64,000 bases of DNA from Candidatus Egerieisoma sp. Lineage in GTDB: Bacteria; Bacillota; Clostridia; UBA1212; UBA1255. Shown in pieces: positions 17,432 through 28,491 of the stretch. A program made the position numbers and the translations under genes. The stretch lies in contig JBGVNN010000024.1 of NCBI GenBank assembly GCA_045125595.1, forward strand, positions 12,608 through 76,607. Reading direction: 5' to 3'. The first letter of the stretch is position 1. Each line of letters starts with the position of its first letter. Below the pieces are notes generated by a model. It had not been told where the DNA came from and did not search any database. It saw only the letters and a program-made list of their open reading frames with translations.

Positions 17432-19882
17432 ATGATAGCACCGTTAAAATGGCTTTTAAGCTATACAGACTTAAATATAAATTCAAATGAAGAAATACAT
17501 GAGCTCGCAGATGAAATGACTCTTTCAGGTACTAAAGTAGAAGAAGTTGTTTCAAAAGGCGCAGATATCAGCCGTGTTGTTGTAGCAAAATGCTTGCAGG
17601 TAGAAAGACATGAAAATTCAGACCATTTGTTTGTTTGCCAGCTCGATATCGGAGCAGGAGAGCCTATACAAATCGTTACAGGCGCACAAAACATGAGAGT
17701 GGGCGCATACGTTCCGGCGGCACTTGACAATTCTACAATTTCAGAAGGCCGTACAATAAAAGCAGGCAAGTTAAGAGGCGTTCCGTCAAACGGTATGATG
17801 TGCTCATTCGAGGAAATCGGACTTGATTGCAATGATTATGAGAACGGAAATAATGACGGCATTATGATTTTGCAAGATTTAGGCGAGTTTAAGGATTGCA
17901 CAGAGGAGTACTTTGAGAGCATTATCGGTAAGGATATTATTCCTGTATTGGGAGCCGACGAGACAGTTATAGACTTTGAAGTAACATCTAACAGAGCAGA
18001 TTGTTTCAGCATTTTGGGACTTTCAAGAGAAGCTGCAATCACAATGCACGGCAAATTTACAAAGCCTGATGTTAAAGTTAAAGAAGAATGTGACGAGAAA
18101 GCTGCTGATTTGATTACAGTAGAAGTTCAGGCACCGGACCTTTGTCCTCGTTATGCGGCAAGAGTTGTTAAAGATGTTAAGATAGGACCTTCTCCTAAGT
18201 GGATGAAAGAGCGTTTGCAAGCAGCGGGCGTGCGTTCTATCAATAATATTGTTGATATAACAAACTATGTTATGCTTGAATACGGACAACCTATGCACGC
18301 ATTTGATAAGCGTACAATAAGAGGAAATAAAATTATCGTTCGCAGAGCTGAAGACGGCGAAAAGATTACGACTCTTGATGAGCAAGAGCGCAATCTTGAC
18401 AGTACAATGCTTGTTATCGCTGACGCTGAGGGCAGCACAGCAATTGCAGGTGTAATGGGTGGTCTTAATTCTGAAATTGAGTCCGATACAACAGAAATCG
18501 TATTTGAATCTGCGATTTTTGATGCGGTTACAGTTCGTAGAGGTGCTAAAAAAGTTGGCTTGAGAACAGAATCTTCTTCTCGTTTTGAAAAAGGTCTTGA
18601 TACTGTTCTTTGCCTTGAGGCGCTTGACAGAGCAGCACAGCTTGTTGAAGAGCTCGGCGCAGGTAAAGTTTGCAAGGGCGTTATTGATGTAAGCACAGGC
18701 GAAAAAGTAATGCCCAAAATCAAATGCAGCGTTGAAGGTATAAACACATTTATCGGTATTTCCGCAACACAAGCTGAAATGGAGAAAATTCTCACAGAGC
18801 TTGAGTGTGAGCCTCATTTCGATGAGGGATATGTTATCCCTCCCAGCTTCAGAGGCGACTTGCTTTGCGATGCCGATATAGCAGAAGAAATCGCAAGATT
18901 CTACGGATATAACAAGATTGAGTCTCGTTTGCTTAACGGATGTGCTACAACATTGGGTAGCAGAAATCGCAAGCAAAAGATTCAGGACCGTATGAGAAAA
19001 CAAATGACAGGAATGGGTTACAACGAGATGCTTACTTTCTCATTTATCAGCCCTTCTGTTTTCAATAAACTTAATCTTCCCGAGGATTGCAAGCTCCGTG
19101 ATGCTGTAGTTATCGAGAATCCTTTGGGAGAGGATTACAGTGTTATGAGAACAACAATGATGCCTTCTTTCTTGGAGTCAATAGCAAACAACCATGCTCA
19201 CAGAGTAGAAAGTGCCTCGTTGTTTGAAATTTCATATGTATATATTAAAACAGATAAATATCCCGATGAGCTTCCCGAACACAGAGAGATGATTACTTTC
19301 GGCGGATATGAAGCAGGCGGTAAAGCTGACTTCTTTGAGTTCAAGGGAGATGTTGAGGCTCTTCTTGAGACTCTTAAAATTACAAAATATGAATTCGAGC
19401 CTGAGAAAGAAATTACTTTCATGCATCCCGGCCGTACAGCAAGACTTTTTGTGGGCGGTAAAGATGCAGGTATATTTGGTCAGATTCATCCTGTTGTTGC
19501 CAAAAAGTGGGGATGTCCCGAAAACACAATGGTTGCAATGCTCAGAACAGACGTTCTTATTGCTAACGTTACAGATATTCCTAAGAATAAAGAGCTTCCC
19601 AAGTTCCCTGCAGTAACTCGTGATATAGCTGTTGTGCTTGATGCGGAAATTCCCGCAGGTCATGTAGAGAAACTTATTCGTCAACGTGGCGGTAAGGCTT
19701 TGGAAAAATGCACTTTGTTTGATTGCTACATCGGTTCACAAGTACCTGAGGGTAAAAAGAGCTTGGCATATGCATTGGCTTTCCGTGATGCAACAAAGAC
19801 ACTTACAGACGAAGATGTAAGCAAGTTTATGAAGAAGATTCTTAACGGACTTGAAATGCAATTTGGGGCAAGCCTCAGATAA
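17432..19882 (+). CDS. pheT: Phenylalanine--tRNA ligase beta subunit.
   Basis: 816 aa. N-terminal tRNA-binding, B3/B4 and B5 domains and a C-terminal FDX-ACB-like domain. Immediately follows pheS. Confidence 0.9.
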   Translation: MIAPLKWLLSYTDLNINSNEEIHELADEMTLSGTKVEEVVSKGADISRVVVAKCLQVERHENSDHLFVCQLDIGAGEPIQIVTGAQNMRVGAYVPAALDNSTISEGRTIKAGKLRGVPSNGMMCSFEEIGLDCNDYENGNNDGIMILQDLGEFKDCTEEYFESIIGKDIIPVLGADETVIDFEVTSNRADCFSILGLSREAAITMHGKFTKPDVKVKEECDEKAADLITVEVQAPDLCPRYAARVVKDVKIGPSPKWMKERLQAAGVRSINNIVDITNYVMLEYGQPMHAFDKRTIRGNKIIVRRAEDGEKITTLDEQERNLDSTMLVIADAEGSTAIAGVMGGLNSEIESDTTEIVFESAIFDAVTVRRGAKKVGLRTESSSRFEKGLDTVLCLEALDRAAQLVEELGAGKVCKGVIDVSTGEKVMPKIKCSVEGINTFIGISATQAEMEKILTELECEPHFDEGYVIPPSFRGDLLCDADIAEEIARFYGYNKIESRLLNGCATTLGSRNRKQKIQDRMRKQMTGMGYNEMLTFSFISPSVFNKLNLPEDCKLRDAVVIENPLGEDYSVMRTTMMPSFLESIANNHAHRVESASLFEISYVYIKTDKYPDELPEHREMITFGGYEAGGKADFFEFKGDVEALLETLKITKYEFEPEKEITFMHPGRTARLFVGGKDAGIFGQIHPVVAKKWGCPENTMVAMLRTDVLIANVTDIPKNKELPKFPAVTRDIAVVLDAEIPAGHVEKLIRQRGGKALEKCTLFDCYIGSQVPEGKKSLAYALAFRDATKTLTDEDVSKFMKKILNGLEMQFGASLR

Positions 19883-19914
19883 TATAATTAAAAAATATTT
19901 TAGGAGAATAACGC

Positions 19915-20862
19915 ATGAGTATTTATGATTATTTGAAGGATAAGACTCACGAAGAGATTGTAAATGAAGGTTACAGATTGCCTGACTTGGATATGCAGAT
20001 GGGAGATGTTTGGGTTCCCGGTGCATATGAGGGTACTCTTTTGCGCTCCAATGTGAGTACAAAGCTTCATACAATCATAAATTTTCTCACTGCGCTTGCT
20101 GTGAAGAAACAAGCATTGAAGCCTTCTGAAAAGCACAAGGCAAAGTTGGTGACGAGATTAAAAAAATATCCGGCAATTTCACTTGTTGACCCTGTTTGCT
20201 CTTATTGTTTTGCTTTTAAAATACCGCAAAATAAAGACAAAAAAGAGGCTTTGAGAGTATTGGCTCTTGATCTTGCAAAAAATTCAAATGACCGCGAACC
20301 CGTAAAAATGGGTTTGGCACTTCTGGGAATTGCAGGTAAAGAGGAAGATTTACACATTTTGGAAGCTTTGGGAAAACATGACGAATTTACTCTATATGCA
20401 GCAGGAGCTGCCGTGGGTATTTTAAAAAATAAAAAGAAAAATGATTTTCTTATTAAACTTGCCGAAAATGTTGAGGGTTGGGGTAAACTGTCAATACTTT
20501 ATGAGCTTGATTACAGCGATGAAGCTGCTCGCCTTTGGGCAGTAAAAAAAGGTTGCCGCAACAGCATAGGACTTTCGTACGCGGCAAATGTTTGCGCAAT
20601 TAAAGGCGGTATGGCAGAAATACTCAAGAAATTGAATGAGGGAGAATATTCACTCACAGAGGCTGAAGAGATTTATCACGGCGTATGCGATATTTTCACA
20701 GGCTTGTTATGGCCGGATGAGGGTCAAGACGGTATCAGAGAATATACAGAGGCTGTGTTTGCTCTCAGAGAGTTTAAAAAGATTACGGAAAATATGCCTG
20801 AATTATCATCTAAAGATGACAGAACAGCAAAAATTTTGGATTTCGGAGGACAATTTTTATGA
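19915..20862 (+). CDS. Hypothetical protein of unknown function.
   Basis: Clean ORF with an RBS. No motif recognised. Overlaps the start of the ABC ATPase gene. Confidence 0.5.
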   Translation: MSIYDYLKDKTHEEIVNEGYRLPDLDMQMGDVWVPGAYEGTLLRSNVSTKLHTIINFLTALAVKKQALKPSEKHKAKLVTRLKKYPAISLVDPVCSYCFAFKIPQNKDKKEALRVLALDLAKNSNDREPVKMGLALLGIAGKEEDLHILEALGKHDEFTLYAAGAAVGILKNKKKNDFLIKLAENVEGWGKLSILYELDYSDEAARLWAVKKGCRNSIGLSYAANVCAIKGGMAEILKKLNEGEYSLTEAEEIYHGVCDIFTGLLWPDEGQDGIREYTEAVFALREFKKITENMPELSSKDDRTAKILDFGGQFL

Positions 20863-21815
20863 TTGAGATAAAAAATCTCACGAAGCGATATGGACAGATA
20901 AAAGCAGTAAATGACATATCTCTTACAATAAAAAAAGGCGAAATATTAGGATTCCTGGGACCTAACGGTGCGGGAAAGTCTACGACTATGAATATCCTTA
21001 CGGGATATCTTGCGGCGACATCAGGTACAGTAACCATTGACGGCTTCGACATAATGGATTCTCCTCAAGAAGCTAAAAAATTAATAGGATATCTTCCTGA
21101 ATTGCCCCCGCTCTATCAAGATATGACGGTTAATGAATACTTGAAATTCATTTCTGAACTTAAAAGCGTGCCTTTCAAACAACGCAAGCGCCAATTAGAC
21201 GAGATTTTATATCTGGTTAAACTCGGTGACATGAAAGACCGTCTTATTAAAAACTTATCTAAAGGTTACAAACAAAGAGTCGGTGTAGCTCAAGCGCTTG
21301 TAGGTAATCCGCAGGTACTCGTTTTAGACGAGCCTACTGTAGGACTTGACCCCAAGCAAATAATAGAAATAAGAAAATTAATAGGTGCGTTAAAACATGA
21401 ACACACCATTATCTTAAGTACACACATATTGCAAGAAGTTAACGCCGTTTGCAGCAGTGTTGCGGTAATTAATAAAGGTAAACTTGCGGCAACCGGCTCG
21501 GTTTCCGACTTTACAGCATCTGAAGGTACTGTAAACAAATTTATAATCAGCCTTGTGGGAGCAACTGCTAAAGCAGACGCACAAAAAGCCCTTGAAAGTG
21601 TTGATGGTGTAAGACGCGTTGACTTTATCAGAATGGACAAAGATGCATACATATTCAATGTAGAATCAGAAAGAAAAACAGATGTGCGCCGCGGAGTGTT
21701 TAATGCAGTTTCAAATGCAAATATGGCAATTATTGAGCTTAAACCGGTGGGCCGTACTCTTGAAGAGATATTCATTGATATAGTAAGCAATGAACAAAGC
21801 TCAGAAGAGCAATAA
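20859..21815 (+). CDS. ABC transporter ATP-binding protein (GldA-like).
   Basis: Walker A GPNGAGKST, signature LSKGYKQRV, Walker B VLVLDEP. Confidence 0.85.
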   Translation: MIEIKNLTKRYGQIKAVNDISLTIKKGEILGFLGPNGAGKSTTMNILTGYLAATSGTVTIDGFDIMDSPQEAKKLIGYLPELPPLYQDMTVNEYLKFISELKSVPFKQRKRQLDEILYLVKLGDMKDRLIKNLSKGYKQRVGVAQALVGNPQVLVLDEPTVGLDPKQIIEIRKLIGALKHEHTIILSTHILQEVNAVCSSVAVINKGKLAATGSVSDFTASEGTVNKFIISLVGATAKADAQKALESVDGVRRVDFIRMDKDAYIFNVESERKTDVRRGVFNAVSNANMAIIELKPVGRTLEEIFIDIVSNEQSSEEQ

Positions 21816-21829
21816 GCGGAGGTGTTATT

Positions 21830-22543
21830 ATGTTGACTATTTATAAAAGAGAAATGGGATCGTATTTCCGCTCGCCCGTTGCGTATTGCATTATAGGCTT
21901 TTTTATGGCGATTGTAGGTTTGATGTTCTGGGTAAATTCCATTTTGCAAACATCGGCACAGTTTTCGAAAACATTAAGCTCTATTGGAGTTTATCTTACA
22001 TTTATAATCCCGATTATTACAATGAGACTTTTATCGGATGAGAAGAAAAACGGCACAGAGGTGCTTTTGAGAACCTGCCCCGTACCAATGTGGAGAATTG
22101 TACTCGGTAAATATTTAGCAGCAGTATCACTCTTTTTTGTGATGACCGTGCTGACTTGCATATACCCTGTTTTGATTGCTTTTCTCGTAGAAGAAGGTGC
22201 GGTTGTAGGTTCAGCGCAAGACTTCGGCAGCTATATCGGTTTCTTTATGCTCGGCATGGCATATCTTGCAGTAAGCTTGTTTGTTTCTTCCTTTACGGAA
22301 AGTCAGTCGGTAGCCGCTGTTTCAGGTATAGTTGTACTTCTTATATTGTACTTTTTGCAGTCAATCGGAGCATCACTCGGCACAACATTCGGCGCAGCAC
22401 TTCAATGGATTGCACCGCTTACAAGATATCAGGACTTTACAGTAGGTTCTTTTAACATAGCATCACTTATTTTCTATTTAACATTCTCAGCTATGTTTGT
22501 ATTCTTGACATACGTAAACCTTGAAAGGAAAAGAGTAATATGA
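21830..22543 (+). CDS. ABC-2-type permease (GldF-like).
   Basis: Six predicted TM helices. Lies between the ATPase gene and the GldG-like gene. Confidence 0.7.
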   Translation: MLTIYKREMGSYFRSPVAYCIIGFFMAIVGLMFWVNSILQTSAQFSKTLSSIGVYLTFIIPIITMRLLSDEKKNGTEVLLRTCPVPMWRIVLGKYLAAVSLFFVMTVLTCIYPVLIAFLVEEGAVVGSAQDFGSYIGFFMLGMAYLAVSLFVSSFTESQSVAAVSGIVVLLILYFLQSIGASLGTTFGAALQWIAPLTRYQDFTVGSFNIASLIFYLTFSAMFVFLTYVNLERKRVI

Positions 22544-23997
22544 GTAAAGATAATAAAAAAGGTTCACTTAAAAAACGTATTAATTACGGCGTAGGCTACA
22601 TTTTACTCATAGTAGCAATAGTTGTCGTATTTGTTGTGGTAAATATCATTCTCGAGCAACTTCCGATGTCTCTTGACTTCACAACAAACAAGCAATTCTC
22701 TATAACAGAAGAGACAGAGAAGCTCTTGGGCGAACTTAAAGAAGATGTAGAGATAATAGCTTTGTATGACAGAGTTAAGGGCGAAGCCGATGAAGAGAAA
22801 GCAGAGATAATCAGGATACTTGATATTTATGACAGAAATGATCATATAGATGTATCTTATGTTTCCTTGGATGTTAATCCTAATATAGTAAATGATTCGG
22901 TAGGAGCAGCAACAGCCGGCACATATTCCGAAGGAGACTATATAGTAAAAAGTGCGAAGAGAAACAAGCGTATAGCAGCAAATGAGATGTTTGACACAGA
23001 GATTGGCTATATAGGAAATATTTTGCCTCTCAGTTATAATGTCGGCAATAAAACGGAGCAAAGAGTAAGTACAGCTATAAAGTATGTTACACGAGATATA
23101 ATACCTAATCTTTATGTATCCACAGGACTTCAGGAAACATCAAAGGATAAATACGGTATGATTTTTGAAAATATTGATAATATGAATATCAATATAAAAG
23201 AAATTGACTTATCCAAGATTGAAAAAATGCCTGAAGATGCCGGTGCTCTTGTTTTCTTGAGTCCTAAAAGAGACCTTTCTGAAAAAGAATTTGATATGCT
23301 CCATCAGTGGCTCTCTTTTGACGGAGGTATGGTTTTTGCAGCATTTGATTCTGATATGACAGGCGTTAAGATGACTCGCTTTAATGCACTTTTGTCTGAG
23401 CTTTACGGTATGGAAATTAAAAACGATATTGTTACGGACGACGAAAATTATCAAATTACTGCTGCCGCAAAGCCTTCTGTAATTACAGCTACAGAGTTAA
23501 AATACGGACCGTTGGCAGAAAATGCGCTCCCCAACACATATATATCTTTTGACTCCAGAAGTATCAATATGTTAAATACAACAGACTATTTTGAATCACA
23601 TTCTTTGATTCAGACATCAAAAACAGGTAAGAGTACAGAATATGTTACAGGTGAGGAATTTACCGGTATTTCAACTTTGGCTGCTTGCGGAGAACATTTT
23701 GCAAACGGAAAACACTCGAGAGTTGTTGTGTTGGGTTCAAGTTTAGGATTACAAGATGCGTATATTAATAAATATGCAAATTCATCATCAGAGCTTTTAT
23801 TCTTATACAGTATTGACTGGATGATGGGCGAAGACACCATGGAATCACTTGATATCGAAGCCAAAACATACAACACAACTACCGTTACGGTAGATAAGAC
23901 ACAAAACAAATGGATATTTGCATTCTCGGTAATTATTTATCCTTTGGCAATTGTCGGAGTAGGCGTTTTTGTGTGGTTTAGAAGACGTCATCTTTAA
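22540..23997 (+). CDS. GldG-like ABC-transporter auxiliary protein.
   Basis: N-terminal and C-terminal TM anchors with a large extracytoplasmic domain. Overlapping start. Family assigned from the typical architecture. Confidence 0.6.
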   Translation: MSKDNKKGSLKKRINYGVGYILLIVAIVVVFVVVNIILEQLPMSLDFTTNKQFSITEETEKLLGELKEDVEIIALYDRVKGEADEEKAEIIRILDIYDRNDHIDVSYVSLDVNPNIVNDSVGAATAGTYSEGDYIVKSAKRNKRIAANEMFDTEIGYIGNILPLSYNVGNKTEQRVSTAIKYVTRDIIPNLYVSTGLQETSKDKYGMIFENIDNMNINIKEIDLSKIEKMPEDAGALVFLSPKRDLSEKEFDMLHQWLSFDGGMVFAAFDSDMTGVKMTRFNALLSELYGMEIKNDIVTDDENYQITAAAKPSVITATELKYGPLAENALPNTYISFDSRSINMLNTTDYFESHSLIQTSKTGKSTEYVTGEEFTGISTLAACGEHFANGKHSRVVVLGSSLGLQDAYINKYANSSSELLFLYSIDWMMGEDTMESLDIEAKTYNTTTVTVDKTQNKWIFAFSVIIYPLAIVGVGVFVWFRRRHL

Positions 23998-24031
23998 TAA
24001 TACTTTAAAAGTATAATTGAGAGGAAATTTT

Positions 24032-25456
24032 ATGAAACAATATAAAACAACAATTATTTCTTTAATTGTAATAGCTGTGATGATTGCAGGCTTTTTTGTA
24101 GTATCATCCTTAATAAATAAGGATGATACATCCAATGCACCTGTGCCGACTGCGCAAGTGCAGGAAACAGAAAGGGTTTTTAACTTCAATTCAGTAAGCC
24201 AAGTACAAAAATATGAATGCAATATTGTTGATGACATTAAGTTAGAACGTGAAGGAGAGAAAAGCTGGGTATGTCCAACATATGCAGAAATTGACCTGTA
24301 TACAACCGGCATTAATACAGCACTCAACTCCGTCAGATCTTGTATGGCAGCTGTTGTTTATGAAGGTGAAATAACAGAAGAAATCATAAAAAACTATGAT
24401 ATATCTCGCACCGAATATATAAAAATAACACTTAAAGACGGCACGACATATACTTTGCGTTTTGGTATGCAAAAACCGGGCACGGCAATGTATTTTGCAG
24501 TGGTTGAAGAAAGTAAAAAGGTTTATCTTATAAACAGCACATACAAAGAAGTTACTGTCTTAACAAAAGAAAATTTATTATACACAAAAATCTTTGATTT
24601 TAACGATAAAGGAAAAATCAAAGACATGGAAGTGTACAAAAAAGGACAGAAGTTTTTGTCTCTCAGCAGTACATTTACAGAGGAAAGTAAAACATGGACA
24701 ATGAATTACCCACTTTCAAGACCGGGTGAAGATTCATATATAGGAGAGATTATTGATGCTGTATCGGCTTTGTATACGTCAGAGTACATTGAGGGTGATT
24801 GTAAAGACTTATCAAAATACGGACTCGATAATCCCGCATATGTTTTAAAACTTACTGATAATAAGGGTGAACAAACTCTTACATTGGGCAACAAAGTGCC
24901 CGAAGGCGGAGCTTATTATTGTATTTTCGGAGACGGAAATAATATATTTACGGTATCTATGGATTCTGTTGCTTTTACAGATGACTCGGTTATTAAATAT
25001 ATGAGCCCGTTTATTTTCACAAGAATGTATACAGAGCTTAAATCCATAAAAGCAGAAATTACATGTGCAAATATAAACGAAACTTTTGAAATGGGCTTCG
25101 ATATAAAGGAAGACGGAGAACAACTCTATTTTAATAATCAGCCTGTTACTGATTCAGCAGCGATAAAGGCTTTCAGAAGGATCAATACAGCATTATATTC
25201 AATTGATATTGTCGGTCTTGATGAAGAACCTGCAGAAAAAGGCGAGCTTTTGATAAAAATAACATACACCATGTCAAAAGATGGCGAAGTTGTAGTTGTT
25301 GAAGGTTATCGCGCAGATGAAACCACAATGCATCTTTATGAAAACGGCAAATATTGCGGAGGTTATGACTATATAAGACAAATAACCGGTGACAATAACA
25401 GCTATGGCATTATGGGAACGCTTGAAAACTTCAAAACAATTTCAGGCATGAAATAA
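24032..25456 (+). CDS. DUF4340-like protein, the usual partner of GldG modules.
   Basis: An N-terminal TM segment. Position directly after the GldG-like gene. RBS GAGAGGAAA. Confidence 0.5.
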   Translation: MKQYKTTIISLIVIAVMIAGFFVVSSLINKDDTSNAPVPTAQVQETERVFNFNSVSQVQKYECNIVDDIKLEREGEKSWVCPTYAEIDLYTTGINTALNSVRSCMAAVVYEGEITEEIIKNYDISRTEYIKITLKDGTTYTLRFGMQKPGTAMYFAVVEESKKVYLINSTYKEVTVLTKENLLYTKIFDFNDKGKIKDMEVYKKGQKFLSLSSTFTEESKTWTMNYPLSRPGEDSYIGEIIDAVSALYTSEYIEGDCKDLSKYGLDNPAYVLKLTDNKGEQTLTLGNKVPEGGAYYCIFGDGNNIFTVSMDSVAFTDDSVIKYMSPFIFTRMYTELKSIKAEITCANINETFEMGFDIKEDGEQLYFNNQPVTDSAAIKAFRRINTALYSIDIVGLDEEPAEKGELLIKITYTMSKDGEVVVVEGYRADETTMHLYENGKYCGGYDYIRQITGDNNSYGIMGTLENFKTISGMK

Positions 25457-25583
25457 TAAAAACAACATATTATTTAAGGAACGCTGATATAAAGAGCTGT
25501 TTCTTATCAAAAATTCATTTATACTCGGCGCCGTATATCTTTCTGCGATAATCGGCGCCGGTTTTGCAACAGGCAGAGAAATA

Positions 25584-26522
25584 ATGACATATTTTGCCTG
25601 TTTTGGTTATTACGGAACGATAGGGCTTTTTCTTTCTTGTGCTGTCATAGCTTTTTGCGGTGCAAAGGCTCTCGTTGTAGTGCGTGAAAATGACATTAAA
25701 GACCCACATTCTTTCAACAAAACAATCGGAGGAAAATTCGGGGGCAAAGTCTTAACCGTATGCTGCGGATTGTTTTCATATTCTGCTTATATCATTGTAC
25801 TCGCCGGGGTTAAGCAACTCTGCGGCGGAAGTATTGTTTCGGTGATTATTGCAAGTTTCTGTGCTTATTTTGTGCTTTGTCGCGGCTTCGGAACGCTTGT
25901 TGATATTTGCGGCATCTGTGCGCCGGTTCTTGCGGGGATAATAGCAATTATTGCGTTAGTTGGGGCTGTTTTCGGGGACAGACATATAAGCTCTCCTGAG
26001 GTTGATTATATGATGCCTTCTGCAATGATGGGAATGAAAATTCTGTTGTATGCAGGTTATAATGTCCTTACTTCAATATGTGTGCTCGGCAGGTGCAGAG
26101 AACTGCTCTCAACAAGAAAAAATGCAATATTAGGGGGAGTTTTAGGCGGCGTGATGCTTTTTGTATCGGGCGGAGCAGTGCTTTTGGGAATGGTATACGG
26201 TAAAATTCCTCCCGGAAAATACGAAATGCCCGTGGCGGAGCTTTTTGCGGATATACAAAAATTTCCGGGTGTATATTTTATGATAAACGCAGTGATTTTT
26301 ACAGCGATGTTTTTGTCGGTAATATCAGGTTTAACAGGGACTTGTGTGTTTTTTACAGAATACATAGATGAGAAAAAACTTGGGCTGATTCTCGGACTGA
26401 TAGCTATTCCTGCAACATATTTAAGTTTCGGCAAACTTATGGATGTTTTGTATCCAATCTTTGGTTTGGTAGGAATATTTTTAATTATTGTACTTGCGCT
26501 ATGGGGGAATAAAAAGGTATAA
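25584..26522 (+). CDS. YkvI-like integral membrane transporter. The N-terminus is uncertain.
   Basis: The in-frame upstream translation (..NSFILGAVYLSAIIGAGFATGREI-MTYF..) looks like genuine protein but has no canonical start codon before the ATG at 25584. Confidence 0.55.
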   Translation: MTYFACFGYYGTIGLFLSCAVIAFCGAKALVVVRENDIKDPHSFNKTIGGKFGGKVLTVCCGLFSYSAYIIVLAGVKQLCGGSIVSVIIASFCAYFVLCRGFGTLVDICGICAPVLAGIIAIIALVGAVFGDRHISSPEVDYMMPSAMMGMKILLYAGYNVLTSICVLGRCRELLSTRKNAILGGVLGGVMLFVSGGAVLLGMVYGKIPPGKYEMPVAELFADIQKFPGVYFMINAVIFTAMFLSVISGLTGTCVFFTEYIDEKKLGLILGLIAIPATYLSFGKLMDVLYPIFGLVGIFLIIVLALWGNKKV

Positions 26523-26530
26523 TACAAAGG

Positions 26531-27793
26531 ATGACAAAAAGAGAGGACGGGGACGCTTTGCCATATACAAATGATAAAGACAAAAACGAGACAAAAGTAA
26601 TAGAAAAAAAAGAAATTGAAAAACGCAGAGAAGTTTTGAACAAAAACAAAAAGCGCTTTATAATTATCGGATTGGCAGTAGCGGCAGTAATATTTCTTAT
26701 AGTTTTCTTCGCTGCAGGAGGATATGAGAAAATATTAGACCTTTTTGGCATAGAAAGAGATGTGAAAGTGACACCGAAGGTACTTTCCGTAGAAGCAGAG
26801 ATTAAAGGCACACCGGTACTTGCAGGAAAAGGCGGGGTGTCGATAGTATATGACGAGCAAGGAGTTACCGGCTACGGCGTTGACGGCAAATGGAAATGGC
26901 ATGTTGAATGCTCCGTTAACAATCCCGGATTTACTGACTGTGGCGATTTTGCGGTTATTGCAGACATAGGTGGTACGGCAGCATATGCTTTTGATAAAAA
27001 TGGTGCAGTTTGGAAATATGGCAGCGGCAATGTTATTAAATCAGTTTTTGGCAGAGGTAAATACGTTTGTATTGTACACGAGGAGAAAGAGTACCTTTCT
27101 GCTGCTACCGTATATGAATTTGAATCTAAAACATCGACTTTGAAAGAGCTTTTTACAAGAAAATTCGGTTCACACTATATACTCACCGGTGCGATAAGTA
27201 AAGATTGTAAACAAATGGTACTTTCGGGGGTATTTTCCGACAGTGGAGATGCAAGAGGCAGTGTGTCGTTTATAAGGCTTTCTGACGGAGAAATTTTCGC
27301 AAATGAAGATGTTAATAATAATATTTATGTAAGAATGTTTTATTCCGATAATAATACTGTTTTTGCTGCAAACAGCGATTCTGTACAAACTTTTTATAAA
27401 TCTTTAAGTGTATCGACTGACGGAGATAAAAAAAGTGAACTCTGGAGCAGAAATAATATGCAAAGCAGTATAACAGATGTTGCGATGGTCGAGAATAAAT
27501 ATTGTTTGGTGGCTATCGGCAATGATAGTGCGGATAAAACTACTGTTAAGGCGTTTGATGCTTCAGGCAAGGAGAAATTAAGCTTTGAAGTTTCAGGAAA
27601 TGTTATCGGTGTTGATTCTGTAGGAGATACTTTTATGGTATATACAAAGACGCATGTTTCTTTGTATAACAGTAAGGGTCTTTTTATCGGAACTGCTGAG
27701 GCTGGGTTTAAAATTGACTATGCTGTTTGTGCTGACAGTCGAAATGTTGCTGTTTGCGGAGAAGGCAAGTTGTTGACGGTGTCATTTAATTAA
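26531..27793 (+). CDS. Hypothetical membrane-anchored protein with a probable beta-rich extracytoplasmic domain.
   Basis: A charged N-terminus, a single TM helix (FIIIGLAVAAVIFLIVFFAAGG), then ~350 aa rich in G/D/S/V. Confidence 0.5.
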   Translation: MTKREDGDALPYTNDKDKNETKVIEKKEIEKRREVLNKNKKRFIIIGLAVAAVIFLIVFFAAGGYEKILDLFGIERDVKVTPKVLSVEAEIKGTPVLAGKGGVSIVYDEQGVTGYGVDGKWKWHVECSVNNPGFTDCGDFAVIADIGGTAAYAFDKNGAVWKYGSGNVIKSVFGRGKYVCIVHEEKEYLSAATVYEFESKTSTLKELFTRKFGSHYILTGAISKDCKQMVLSGVFSDSGDARGSVSFIRLSDGEIFANEDVNNNIYVRMFYSDNNTVFAANSDSVQTFYKSLSVSTDGDKKSELWSRNNMQSSITDVAMVENKYCLVAIGNDSADKTTVKAFDASGKEKLSFEVSGNVIGVDSVGDTFMVYTKTHVSLYNSKGLFIGTAEAGFKIDYAVCADSRNVAVCGEGKLLTVSFN

Positions 27794-27807
27794 GGAGGTT
27801 TTGATTT

Positions 27808-28491
27808 ATGATAGTAGACATTATTTTAATTGCAATTATGGCTATAGCTGTTTTTGTCGGATGGAAACGCGGATTGGTAATGTCGGTTTTTCTTCTTGGT
27901 GCAACAATCATTGCTATATTTGTTGCGAGTGTATTATCTCCGGTTGTTGCGACCGGATTGGAAAAATTAGGTGTAGCCGACGCAATGGCGCCTAAATTTT
28001 CGTCGATTGTAGAAGAAAATTTAATGGAAGAGTACAATGAAAATGGAGCTGTGGATGTAAATTCTGCAATAGAAAAATTGCCGTTACCTTCATTTTTAAC
28101 AGAGAAGATTTCGTCAGGGGTCAACGATAAGGCAGAAGAATCCATTTCAAAAATCTCAGCAGATATAGGCGCGAAAGCCGCAACGTTGGCATGTGCAGTA
28201 ATAGCTTTTATAATAATTTTTGTTCTTGTCATCATTGTGATGCAGGTACTGAAGATTGCACTGAAAATTGCGGTGAAATTACCACTTGTCAAACAGACAG
28301 ATAAAATCGGTGGTATTTTGGTGGGATTTTTACAAGGAGCTTTATTTGTACTTGTGTTATTGCTCTTTGTGTCAACATTATCTTCGACAGAGTTCATGTC
28401 GGGTATTGTGAAAGAGATAGAAAATTCAACAATAACAGCCTTTTTGTATGAAAGTAATTTTATTGGAAAAATATTTTCGGCTTTAATGTAA
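27808..28491 (+). CDS. cvpA: CvpA-family membrane protein.
   Basis: N-terminus MIVDIILIAIMAIAVFVGWKRGLV. RBS AGGAGG. Confidence 0.7.
   Translation: MIVDIILIAIMAIAVFVGWKRGLVMSVFLLGATIIAIFVASVLSPVVATGLEKLGVADAMAPKFSSIVEENLMEEYNENGAVDVNSAIEKLPLPSFLTEKISSGVNDKAEESISKISADIGAKAATLACAVIAFIIIFVLVIIVMQVLKIALKIAVKLPLVKQTDKIGGILVGFLQGALFVLVLLLFVSTLSSTEFMSGIVKEIENSTITAFLYESNFIGKIFSALM

Noticed and set aside
18023-19003. A 326-aa and a 176-aa minus-strand ORF inside pheT.
   Set aside because: Both are antisense shadows within a well-supported pheT coding region, with Cys/Phe/Asn-rich low-complexity translations.
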